Positions 9,465-16,824 of a stretch of 60,294 bases of DNA are shown here, in pieces. The notes under the pieces are model-generated. The model saw only the letters and a list, made by a program, of their open reading frames with translations, did not search any database and had not been told where the DNA came from. Source of the DNA: a virus. The number at the start of each line of letters is the position of its first letter. Within the stretch, counting starts at the first letter, position 1. The stretch is from the IMG/VR virus record IMGVR_UViG_3300027499_000002; one strand, given 5' to 3'. Both the position numbers and the translations under genes were made by a program.

Positions 9465-10391
9465 ATGCAGCGTCCTTTGCCGTTGTGGTCCGAGCTACAC
9501 TTGCAGGAGCTTTACAAGCCTCAGTGGTTCGCAGCATGGAAGGCTCGGGTTCCTCAAGTCGGCTGCGGATGCGATGCCCTGTTCGATGAAATCTTGGAAA
9601 CGTTTCCAGAGGTCTACGGTGACGCTGACCGGCAATTCCTTCGAGGAATCGACTGGCACAACGCTGTGAGTCGCAAACCGAAGGTCAATCATCCTGAGAT
9701 TTCCTACGATCTAGCTCGAACGCTGTGGCGTCACCAGAGGCCGGCAACAGGCCGAACTCGCTGCATCGTGACCGTGGCGACCGGGAGCAAGTTCCGTGAA
9801 CTGCTTGAAGTGACACGGCCAAGTCTAAAAGCCTATGCAGAAAAATGCAACGCTGATTTTATTGAGCTGACGAATCAAACTGAGCTATGGTGGGGTCTGG
9901 AAAAGTTTCGAGCAAGGCACTTCGTCGAGCAGTACGAAGAGACGGTTTTTATCGATGCGGACTGTGTGGTAAACCCTGCTGCGCCTTCAATCTTTGGTCG
10001 GCCTGAATCGCTGGCGTTGCACGATGATTATCCGATGCTGAGCCAAGTCGAGTGGATTAACGCTGAACGATCGTCGGTAGAGGCATCGCTCGGGCTCAAG
10101 TTCGAGCGTCGGGATACTTGTCTGAACTCAGGCGTGGTTTATTCGCGCCGCGATGCTGCTGGCGTGTGGGACCGTCCTGGGTCGGAGATTGCAACAAGTC
10201 ACACTGCCGAGCAGCTATTCGTCGAGCAGTCTGCGTTTCGAATCGGCTATGAAAACCTGGACTCTCGATGGAACTGGCAGTTCTACTTCCGAGACTTTTG
10301 GAAACATGCTGCTGATGCCTGGATCGTTCATTTTGCAACATCGAATCAGAAGCGAGAGAACGCGAGTCGGATGCTAGATATTTGGGGGTGA
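9465..10391 (+). CDS. glycosyltransferase, GT8-like nucleotide-diphospho-sugar transferase fold
   Basis: CIVTVATGSKF...(Rossmann start), the DxD-type motif VFIDADCVV and LNSGVVY support the call. The ORF track starts at 9351, but I prefer ATG 9465, which lies after the upstream stop. Confidence 0.5.
   Translation: MQRPLPLWSELHLQELYKPQWFAAWKARVPQVGCGCDALFDEILETFPEVYGDADRQFLRGIDWHNAVSRKPKVNHPEISYDLARTLWRHQRPATGRTRCIVTVATGSKFRELLEVTRPSLKAYAEKCNADFIELTNQTELWWGLEKFRARHFVEQYEETVFIDADCVVNPAAPSIFGRPESLALHDDYPMLSQVEWINAERSSVEASLGLKFERRDTCLNSGVVYSRRDAAGVWDRPGSEIATSHTAEQLFVEQSAFRIGYENLDSRWNWQFYFRDFWKHAADAWIVHFATSNQKRENASRMLDIWG
9594..9609. repeat. palindrome copy TTGGAAACGTTTCCAg (15/16)
   Basis: Lies inside the glycosyltransferase ORF, where it is read as L-E-T-F-P. 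Confidence 0.9.
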
Positions 10392-10432
10392 GCATTCGAG
10401 CTGTAAGATTTTCTGCAAAGGAGAATCACTGA

Positions 10433-10756
10433 ATGGATCTGTTGTTTTTGAGTGCCGAATTTGCAATGCGATTGCAGGCTGGAGCTGCTGGCTCGCTGGT
10501 GAGTGTTTTGACCTCAAAGCACGAACCAACAGAAAGCGTATCGAAGCGACTCTTTTGTGGGTGGCTCGTCGCGGTGTTCTGCGCTCCGCTTGCGATATCG
10601 CTTGCTGAAGCATTCCTTTTGTCAGAAGAAATCGTCAAGCGTATTGATCGCGCCGATGCCGAGATGGTTTCAGCCTTTTTCGTCGGCCTCGTTGGCTGGC
10701 AAGGAATCAAGTTTGTGAACAAACGCGCGGCAAGGTTTTCGGCTGAAAATGAATGA
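10433..10756 (+). CDS. holin-like membrane protein
   Basis: 107 aa with hydrophobic helices and a good RBS (AAGGAGA). It is the first gene of the cassette that ends in the peptidase. Confidence 0.4.
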   Translation: MDLLFLSAEFAMRLQAGAAGSLVSVLTSKHEPTESVSKRLFCGWLVAVFCAPLAISLAEAFLLSEEIVKRIDRADAEMVSAFFVGLVGWQGIKFVNKRAARFSAENE

Positions 10757-11078
10757 AGTAACGTTTTCCATTCTACAGATCCTCGGACGGTTGGCGGTCG
10801 TTGTGCTTTGCTACCATGCGGTGACGATGGTTTGTTCATGTCATGAAAACTGCACGAAGTTTCGACACAGCCTCCGGACTGTGCTAGGATGGGTATCGGG
10901 TGCGGTCGCGTGCGCCGGGTTGTTCTATCCGGTTGTCGGTGGTGCGGTCGCTTTATTTTTGGTGGCTGCTATTTGGTTTGCGGAGCTAGACTATGAAACG
11001 AAGAGCAAAGCGCAGGCGTTTAGGTTTCCCGAAGTCGGCGAGACAAGTAGTGATGTCGGAAGTGGCGTCAGTCGCTGA
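10749..11078 (+). CDS. membrane protein (holin/antiholin candidate)
   Basis: 109 aa with 2-3 predicted TM helices and an ATGAATGA overlap with the upstream gene. Confidence 0.4.
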   Translation: MNEVTFSILQILGRLAVVVLCYHAVTMVCSCHENCTKFRHSLRTVLGWVSGAVACAGLFYPVVGGAVALFLVAAIWFAELDYETKSKAQAFRFPEVGETSSDVGSGVSR

Positions 11079-11247
11079 ACTGGGGCTGCCGGAAGACGAA
11101 GCGAAAGCCGAGCTTGAGAAGAGAGTGATTGCAAGATTCGATCCTGCATCGATTCTGATTTCTCTTTTGGTTTCCTGGGCAATCAAACAACTGATTGCAT
11201 GGATCTACGGCAAGATAAAGAACAGGGAGATCGGCGACGATGACTGA
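11053..11247 (+). CDS. small C-terminally anchored membrane protein
   Basis: Internal ATG of ORF 10993..11247. It has an acidic N-terminus followed by the TM segment ILISLLVSWAIKQLIAWIY. Confidence 0.3.
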   Translation: MSEVASVAELGLPEDEAKAELEKRVIARFDPASILISLLVSWAIKQLIAWIYGKIKNREIGDDD

Positions 11248-11836
11248 GGAACTGCAACCAGACCCCAAGCCGGATCCAAAGCCCAAGCGGCCAAAGCCTA
11301 AACCTAAGCCAGTATTGAAACCGGACACAAAGCCGGACCCTGAACCTCCGAAGCGGAAACGGAAGCGCGTTCGCAAGCCGACCGTCCAGGGATTCAAAAT
11401 CGATTGGGCCGGGATCGATTGGTACGCAATCGGGCTCGGGCTGCTTGCTCTGATCACGGTCGCGCCCTACGTTCTGCCACTGCTCAAGGACGTTCGAATC
11501 ACTCCGGTTGTGTTCTACGATCTTGGAAACGTTTCCAACTGGTTCGAGACCGTGGCCAGCGACGACCCCAAGGCTGACATGCCGAAATACGTGGATGCAC
11601 TGAGGGCAACCGCATCGGCAGAAATTAGTGATGTTTCAAAAATTGATGAGAAGCTCCAGGAAGAGGTCGAAGCAAACCTCGGGCGTGTGGGCTGGCTGAA
11701 CTGGGGCTTGTTCAATGCCGAGATCCTCAAAGAGATTCGCAAGCTTCGCGACGATAAAAAAATCGACGCAACGGTAAAGAGTCACCAAGCATTTCTATTG
11801 GCCGTCGCTGACGAGCTGGAAAAGGTAGGTCAATGA
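11240..11836 (+). CDS. Pro/Lys-rich membrane-anchored protein (spanin-like by position)
   Basis: The PKPDPKPKRPKPKPKP low-complexity N-terminus is followed by one TM helix. It lies immediately upstream of the peptidase. Confidence 0.35.
   Translation: MTEELQPDPKPDPKPKRPKPKPKPVLKPDTKPDPEPPKRKRKRVRKPTVQGFKIDWAGIDWYAIGLGLLALITVAPYVLPLLKDVRITPVVFYDLGNVSNWFETVASDDPKADMPKYVDALRATASAEISDVSKIDEKLQEEVEANLGRVGWLNWGLFNAEILKEIRKLRDDKKIDATVKSHQAFLLAVADELEKVGQ
11523..11538. repeat. palindrome copy TTGGAAACGTTTCCAA (16/16)
   Basis: Lies inside ORF 11240..11836, where it is read as G-N-V-S. Confidence 0.95.
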
Positions 11837-12825
11837 TGCCGATTTGGGACAAGTATCTCGACGGGTCTCTTGAGGGTGCAAAGCACGATCGGAACCATCA
11901 AAGGGAGTTTGCTGCGAAGTCGATCGCTCCGGTCTACGCTGCGGCTGCACCGCGGGTAATGGACAGGGAACCCTCGAAGGATGTGTTCTTGGGGCGGTAT
12001 GCCGTGATGGGTATGCAAAGCCTCTACGGCAGGAACTTCCGTTGGTATCCGCAGTTTCAAGAGTGGGGAACCTGCGTCGGGCAGAGTCACGCCGGGATTT
12101 TTTCGATCACGCTGGCAATCAGTTCGTTGCTTGCCGGCCTCAAGTTCCCGGGTCGGGTGGCAGTCGCTCCGATCTATGCAGGGTCGCGGGTCGATATCGG
12201 AAAGCACCCTGGAACCTGGGAGGGCTCGGTCGGTTCTTGGGCTGCTCAATGGGGAACGCAGTTCGGGGCCGTAACGTACCGAGAACTCGGTCACGACGAC
12301 AACCCAAAGACGGACAAGGAATGGCTCGCGACGATGCTTGCAGACGAGAAGCAAGCGATGGCCTGGACAAACTCGCGGGAGGGAGTCCCGAAGGCTACCG
12401 AGGGGCTTGCCAAGCTACGTCCGATCGTTCACGCGCCCTTGGTGCAAACCACCGAAGAGGTCAAGGCTGCACTGACGAACCTGACGCCTATCAACGTCTG
12501 CGGACAAGTGCATCCATCGAAGCAGCTCAACGACAAAGGATCCGCGAAGCAGGTAAAGCGCGGGGGAGGTCACTCGACGGCGATTATCGGCCAGTACTTC
12601 GATGGCTCAACTTGGCACTTCGATTTTCTAAATTCGTGGTGGTACTATTATTCAGGCGGTTTCTGTCGACCTGGAAACAAAATCGACATGCAGTTCAAGG
12701 GCTCGGTCTGTCGAATCACCGAAGCAGAACTCAAGCTGTGGCTGCAAGAAAGGGACTCCTACGCGATGGTAGGGGTCCAGGGCCTCGAACCGATCGACAA
12801 AGAGTACTCGCGTCTAATGGCCTAA
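11833..12825 (+). CDS. papain-like (C1-type) cysteine peptidase, endolysin candidate
   Basis: The Cys motif WGTCVGQSHAG, the His motif GGGHSTAIIGQY and FLNSWW occur in the order typical of the Cys...His...Asn-Ser-Trp arrangement. It is the last gene of the lysis cassette. Confidence 0.55.
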   Translation: MMPIWDKYLDGSLEGAKHDRNHQREFAAKSIAPVYAAAAPRVMDREPSKDVFLGRYAVMGMQSLYGRNFRWYPQFQEWGTCVGQSHAGIFSITLAISSLLAGLKFPGRVAVAPIYAGSRVDIGKHPGTWEGSVGSWAAQWGTQFGAVTYRELGHDDNPKTDKEWLATMLADEKQAMAWTNSREGVPKATEGLAKLRPIVHAPLVQTTEEVKAALTNLTPINVCGQVHPSKQLNDKGSAKQVKRGGGHSTAIIGQYFDGSTWHFDFLNSWWYYYSGGFCRPGNKIDMQFKGSVCRITEAELKLWLQERDSYAMVGVQGLEPIDKEYSRLMA

Positions 12826-12918
12826 TTTGGCCGTTTGTGGGGTTTCCAAAGCCCGGACAATGGCGTTATAGTGTTTGGCGAGGGTTGGAACCCCTCGACG
12901 GCAGGTGCTGGAACGAAA

Positions 12919-12955
12919 AGAGCCCAGGTTTCCCTAGGCTCTCTCGTGGTTTTTT
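12919..12955 (+). terminator. possible terminator of the late/lysis operon
   Basis: AGAGCCCAGG-tttc-CCTAGGCTCT forms a 10-bp stem with one mismatch. A T6 run (12950-12955) lies 7 nt downstream. Confidence 0.4.
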
Positions 12956-13097
12956 GCGAGACCATCCAACACCGAGAATTGTAGCAAAGTGATCTGACCG
13001 AAACAAGCGGCAAACTAGATCGGGGCAAAACTCGGATGAAAATCTTGGCAGTGCTGTCTGCGTGTGTGCGTCGAATGATCAGGCAGGGAGCTAGCGG

Positions 13098-13345
13098 CTG
13101 CGGTCGATACCGCAGAGGGATAGTCTCGGCCGCAAGCCGAGGCGAGCCGGTTCGACCGGCGACTGGAAGGGGCTCGCACCCCCTGATTGGATTTTTCGCG
13201 TGGTAGCTAAATCCGGGCTCTGTCTGACCTGACAACCCGGTCCAGGACGCCAAAAGACGCGAAGGGTCCGAGTCCCTGGGGGTCAACATGCCCCTGGCGC
13301 TGCTGTGATTCTGCTGGTTTCCCCTGTCCAGGGCTGGTGTCCTGG
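13098..13345. other. hairpin-dense GC-rich non-coding block (structured RNA, ori or pac candidate)
   Basis: Consecutive short stems include CTGCGG/CCGCAG 13098-13115, CTCGGC/GCCGAG 13125-13141, GCCGG/CCGGC 13146-13160 and GGATTT/AAATCC 13189-13214, among others. No plausible ORF is present. Confidence 0.3.
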
Positions 13346-13424
13346 GACAAAGGGCGGGCGCGCGCAGGGCCGAAAAAACCAAAAAACGACCAAAAAAAGG
13401 AATCTTGCTTTTTTTCTGCTGGTC

Positions 13425-13436
13425 GGTGGCGTTAGA
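13425..13436 (+). promoter_or_regulatory. promoter-like motif GGTGGCGTTAGA
   Basis: Preceded by TTTTTTTCTGC. It lies in the gene-free region upstream of early unit 1. Confidence 0.45.
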
Positions 13437-13471
13437 TGATTGCCAGGGAAAAGCTTGGGAAAACGCAGGGC

Positions 13472-13535
13472 GAAAAACTTTTTGAGATTTCGCGCCCCGT
13501 TTTCGGCCAAACTGGGCCCTAGATACTATGGGGAC
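13472..13535 (+). promoter_or_regulatory. early promoter unit 1 (sigma70-like -10 TACTAT)
   Basis: The block GAAAAACTTTTTGAGATTTCGCGCCCC...AAACTGGGCCCTAGATACTATGGGG is repeated at 14128 and, in part, at 29585. It is followed by a 5' hairpin and the conserved leader CTCTAAG-GGAGACGATGA-CGATG. Confidence 0.55.
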
Positions 13536-13581
13536 GGATGTACCGTACCCTTGAGACCCTCTAAGACGGAGACGATGAACG

Positions 13582-13860
13582 ATGACCATAGACGAACTGA
13601 TTGAACGGCTCGAAGAATACCGCGATGAAATTGGCGGGGATGCCGAAGTTCGATTGATGACCCAACAAAACTGGCCCTTTGAAAACACTGTATGTGGTCT
13701 AGCTTCCGGTTCAGAAATCAACGATTCTAGCGATGACGACGAAGAAGATGATGACCAAGAAGATGATGACGAAAATACAGCCGATCAATCGGTGCTCTAT
13801 ATCGTTGAAGGCAACCAGATAGGCTATGGAACAAAGCAAGCCTGGAACGTTGCACGCTAA
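13582..13860 (+). CDS. early acidic protein
   Basis: 92 aa with the poly-acidic run DSSDDDEEDDDQEDDDENTAD. It is the first gene behind early unit 1. Confidence 0.6.
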   Translation: MTIDELIERLEEYRDEIGGDAEVRLMTQQNWPFENTVCGLASGSEINDSSDDDEEDDDQEDDDENTADQSVLYIVEGNQIGYGTKQAWNVAR

Positions 13861-13904
13861 CCCTTTGGCTAAACCAGTTTTCTCTAAGCAGGAGATTTTT
13901 TACG

Positions 13905-14129
13905 ATGGTACTTTCCCAAACAATCGAAATCGGACAAGTCTACGAGGTCAAAGGGTACGGATACCCAATGCTGGTCGAACGGATGGACAGACTGGTCCCG
14001 GTGATCGTCAAGTCGGTGACGTTGCGACCGGCGACCCAGGTCGATGGCGTCTGGCGGACCTATGGGATGTTCGAGCTGCAAATCCCAGGGAGTCGAGTAG
14101 GCGAACAACTGGTCAAGAAAATCGGTTGA
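13905..14129 (+). CDS. hypothetical early protein
   Basis: 74 aa with the RBS AGGAGA in leader CTCTAAGCAGGAGATTTTTTACGATG. Confidence 0.55.
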   Translation: MVLSQTIEIGQVYEVKGYGYPMLVERMDRLVPVIVKSVTLRPATQVDGVWRTYGMFELQIPGSRVGEQLVKKIG

Positions 14130-14188
14130 AAAGTTTTCGAGATTCCGCGCCCAGTTCCTTCGGGGATTGGGCCCTATGTAATGGGGCC
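14128..14188 (+). promoter_or_regulatory. early promoter unit 2 (-10 TGTAAT)
   Basis: GAAAAGTTTTCGAGATTCCGCGCCC...TGGGCCCTATGTAATGGGG is a near-repeat of unit 1. Confidence 0.55.
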
Positions 14189-14235
14189 GGATTTCCCGGT
14201 CTTTGAAGATTACTCTAAGCAGGAGACGATGAGCG

Positions 14236-14520
14236 ATGGCGAAACTACTCAAGAGGCTACAGGCGATCGAGGAACTGGACTGCGTTCTGCAGAACTGGTG
14301 TTCTGACGACGACAAGCGGTCAGAGGACTACTCGATAGAGTTGCTGTTGGATCTGGCAGTCGAGCGACGAGCGGAGTTCTACGAAGACGGTCACAGTCTT
14401 TGCGAATCGTTGCAGGGCGACCGTGGGCCGGAGGAAAAGCGATACGCAAAATCGCAACTGGCAAAGATTAATCGATGGATCGAAGCCGCAAACAAAGCGG
14501 TCAACGAAGCGACCAAATAA
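14236..14520 (+). CDS. hypothetical early protein
   Basis: 94 aa. It lies behind early unit 2 and carries the same leader as gene 13582. Confidence 0.6.
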   Translation: MAKLLKRLQAIEELDCVLQNWCSDDDKRSEDYSIELLLDLAVERRAEFYEDGHSLCESLQGDRGPEEKRYAKSQLAKINRWIEAANKAVNEATK

Positions 14521-14537
14521 CCGATAGCAAGCCCCCT

Positions 14538-14559
14538 GCCGGGATAGTCCCCGGCTTTT
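14538..14559 (+). terminator. intrinsic terminator
   Basis: GCCGGG-atagtc-CCCGGC is followed by TTTT, directly after the stop of gene 14236..14520. Confidence 0.55.
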
Positions 14560-14583
14560 CACTCTACGAAGGAGATTTTGACG

Positions 14584-15024
14584 ATGGCAATCAACACACA
14601 ACACAAGACGATCGATGGACTCTACGTCTACGATCTTGCACCGCAGTCTGCCGAGTTGCTGGCCGTGGCTGGTCCGAGCGGGTACGACGGGCCGATCAAT
14701 CAGGACAAGCTCCCCGAGGGGTTTCGATGGGTATCGGATACCGAATGGGAATCGCTGCTCTTAGGCGATGAAGCTCAAAAGGTCCGGGTCGACGACGAAG
14801 GATTTGTGTTCACGAACTTGCTTTTCCCCGGTGGGCTGCAAGATGACGTTCTGATCGTCGAAGGGATGGTGACTGCTCGCGGCGAGCAACTGTACGGAGT
14901 CTTTGCAAGCGTCTGGCACGCAAGGCAACCTGACGCCGATGATCGTTGCATCGGAACCGTCGGCGGTGAGTTCTTGACAAAAGCCCAACGAGAGTTCGCG
15001 GAATGGAACTCGACGCTACTGTAG
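14584..15024 (+). CDS. hypothetical protein
   Basis: ATG at 14584 with RBS GAAGGAGA (the track starts at TTG 14578). 146 aa. Confidence 0.55.
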   Translation: MAINTQHKTIDGLYVYDLAPQSAELLAVAGPSGYDGPINQDKLPEGFRWVSDTEWESLLLGDEAQKVRVDDEGFVFTNLLFPGGLQDDVLIVEGMVTARGEQLYGVFASVWHARQPDADDRCIGTVGGEFLTKAQREFAEWNSTLL

Positions 15025-15062
15025 TGTCGGGTCAGAGGTAATTTCACAACAGACGGTGCATC

Positions 15063-15260
15063 ATGGCATTGAGTATTAACGCAAAACGATACGATGTGTT
15101 TTGGGTCGGCGGGTCAACCAAGATCACGGTCGAGGGTCTCGGCGATCGAAAGGTCAAGCTGCTGGTCGAAGGCCCGGAAGGTGTCCGAGTCGAGCGCGAG
15201 GCGTTTATCCGCAAGAAGGATCCAACCGATCCGAGATTGCCCGAAAATCTAAAAAAATGA
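15063..15260 (+). CDS. CsrA/RsmA-like RNA-binding protein
   Basis: 65 aa. It aligns by eye along its whole length to E. coli CsrA: ITVEGLGDRKVKLLVEGPEGVRVEREAF versus [28 protein letters not shown]. Confidence 0.5.
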   Translation: MALSINAKRYDVFWVGGSTKITVEGLGDRKVKLLVEGPEGVRVEREAFIRKKDPTDPRLPENLKK

Positions 15261-15278
15261 CGTTTCCTTTTTTGCGTT

Positions 15279-15290
15279 GGTGGCGTTGAT
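15279..15290 (+). promoter_or_regulatory. promoter-like motif GGTGGCGTTGAT
   Basis: Preceded by CCTTTTTTGCGTT. A palindrome lies 3 nt downstream and ATG 15336 lies 46 nt downstream. Confidence 0.5.
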
Positions 15291-15293
15291 AGT

Positions 15294-15309
15294 TTGGAAA
15301 CGTTTCCAA
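15294..15309. repeat. palindrome copy TTGGAAACGTTTCCAA (16/16), operator-like position
   Basis: Intergenic, between the promoter-like motif and the AAA+ gene. Confidence 0.95.
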
Positions 15310-15335
15310 GATTCTTCATTCAAACAGGTGAGACT

Positions 15336-16796
15336 ATGCAGGTTTCAAGAGCATTTCGAGCTGGCGTTCCATTGGTTTCTGTGACGACGGGCGACCCAGC
15401 GGCAACGATCAAAACGATCCGAGAGCAGTTCGCTGATTTCCAGGATCCGGTCGGGGTGATTGTGTGGGATGTGGTCCGTGGGGCCAGAACCACGAAGGAC
15501 GATATCAAAGCGACCGAAGCACTGGCCGGACTTCCCCAGCAGGACTACAGCAATTCGCTGATCAATTTCTTGGCTGACCTCGGCGAGCTTGCCAACCGTC
15601 AAGCGGTGATCGTCTGCAACGCGCACAAGTTCCTCGACGACCCTCGGGCGATCCAAGCGGTATGGAATCTCAGGGATGATTTCAAAGCCAGCAAAAAGAC
15701 TTTGGTTCTGCTAGGTGTTGCAACCTTGCCACCGGAGCTGATCCACGATGTGGTCCAGTTCGACGATCCGCTGCCGAACCAAGAGCAACTGCGTGGAATC
15801 ATCTCTACGGTCTGCGAGTGGGGACAAGCCGACGCAAGCCAAGAGACGATCGAGAGCGGTGCGAATGCAGCTATCGGGGTCACAGCGTTCTGTGCCGAGA
15901 ATCTGGCAAGCCTTGCAATGAGCAAGACCGAAGGCTTGGAAGTGGATCAACTGTGGGAATCGAAACGAAAGAAGATCGATCAGACACCGGGGCTTCGCGT
16001 TGTCACCCAGTCGGGGGGCTTCGATAAAATCGGCGGCTGCGATGCGTACAAAACCTTCATGCGTCGGGTGCTGGCCGGCAAAGCGAAGCCTAAGGCGATC
16101 GTCTTCATCGACGAGATTGAAAAGTGCCTCGGGGCATCCGGCTCGGACACCAGCGGGGTATCCCAAGACCAACTTGGTCAACTGTTGTCTTGGATGCAAG
16201 ACAAAAGGGCGACCGGTACTATCCTGGTCGGTCCCCCTGGGGCTGCGAAGTCGGCCGTAGCGAAGGCGGCGGGGTCCGAGGGTGGAATCCCAACGATCCA
16301 ACTTGACCTCGGGGGTACGAAGGGTTCGCTGGTCGGACAGTCTGAGGCACAAATCCGCGAAGCGCTGAAGGTGATCGATGCGATCAGCGGGGGAGAGACC
16401 CTGTGGATTGCGACCTGCAATTCGCTGACGGACCTACCACCGGAACTCAAGCGACGGTTCAAATTGGGAACTTGGTTCTTCGACCTGCCGGATCGGATCG
16501 AACGCGCGGCGATCTGGTCCCTGTACGCTGCGAAGTTCGGCCACACGGATCAAGCTCAGATTCACCGGCTGCTCGACTGCGAATGGACCGGGGCCGAGAT
16601 CGAGTCCTGCTGCGAGATTGCCGACTCGCTCGGGATCACGCTGGACCAAGCAGCGGCCTACATTGTGCCGGTCGCCAAGCAAGCACCAGAAGCAATCGCC
16701 AAGCTACGAGCTGGGGCCGAGGGCCGGTTCCTGTCGGCAAGTGTTCCTGGTCCATACACTCGGCAAAAAGAAATCGCGAAAAGAACGATCGAGTAG
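15336..16796 (+). CDS. AAA+ family ATPase
   Basis: It has Walker A ILVGPPGAAKS, a Walker-B-like AIVFIDEIEK and a sensor/Arg region LWIATCNSLTDLPPELKRRF. I use ATG 15336 with RBS AGGTGAG. Confidence 0.7.
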   Translation: MQVSRAFRAGVPLVSVTTGDPAATIKTIREQFADFQDPVGVIVWDVVRGARTTKDDIKATEALAGLPQQDYSNSLINFLADLGELANRQAVIVCNAHKFLDDPRAIQAVWNLRDDFKASKKTLVLLGVATLPPELIHDVVQFDDPLPNQEQLRGIISTVCEWGQADASQETIESGANAAIGVTAFCAENLASLAMSKTEGLEVDQLWESKRKKIDQTPGLRVVTQSGGFDKIGGCDAYKTFMRRVLAGKAKPKAIVFIDEIEKCLGASGSDTSGVSQDQLGQLLSWMQDKRATGTILVGPPGAAKSAVAKAAGSEGGIPTIQLDLGGTKGSLVGQSEAQIREALKVIDAISGGETLWIATCNSLTDLPPELKRRFKLGTWFFDLPDRIERAAIWSLYAAKFGHTDQAQIHRLLDCEWTGAEIESCCEIADSLGITLDQAAAYIVPVAKQAPEAIAKLRAGAEGRFLSASVPGPYTRQKEIAKRTIE

Positions 16797-16812
16797 TTTT
16801 TTCCGCTCGGTT

Positions 16813-16824
16813 GGTGGCGTTGAT
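16813..16824 (+). promoter_or_regulatory. promoter-like motif GGTGGCGTTGAT
   Basis: Preceded by TTTTTTCCGCTCGGTT. ATG 16862 lies 38 nt downstream. Confidence 0.5.

Noticed and set aside
12042-12992. 316-aa + strand ORF overlapping the cysteine peptidase gene in another frame
   Set aside because: Its composition is Arg/Gly/Ser-rich and typical of an off-frame read of a GC-rich gene. The peptidase frame carries clear catalytic motifs.
13201-13245. RNase P RNA-like words (AAATCCGGGCTC and GACAACCCGGTCC resemble the two P4 strands)
   Set aside because: The two segments are only about 20 nt apart and simply form a local hairpin. The region is too short and lacks the other conserved RNase P elements.
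12822-13721. 299-aa minus-strand ORF covering the whole gene-free region
   Set aside because: The translation is S/R/P-rich and low in complexity. It has no RBS or start context, runs antisense to the early promoter units and into gene 13582, and every other gene but one is on the + strand. I treat it as a chance ORF in GC-rich non-coding DNA.
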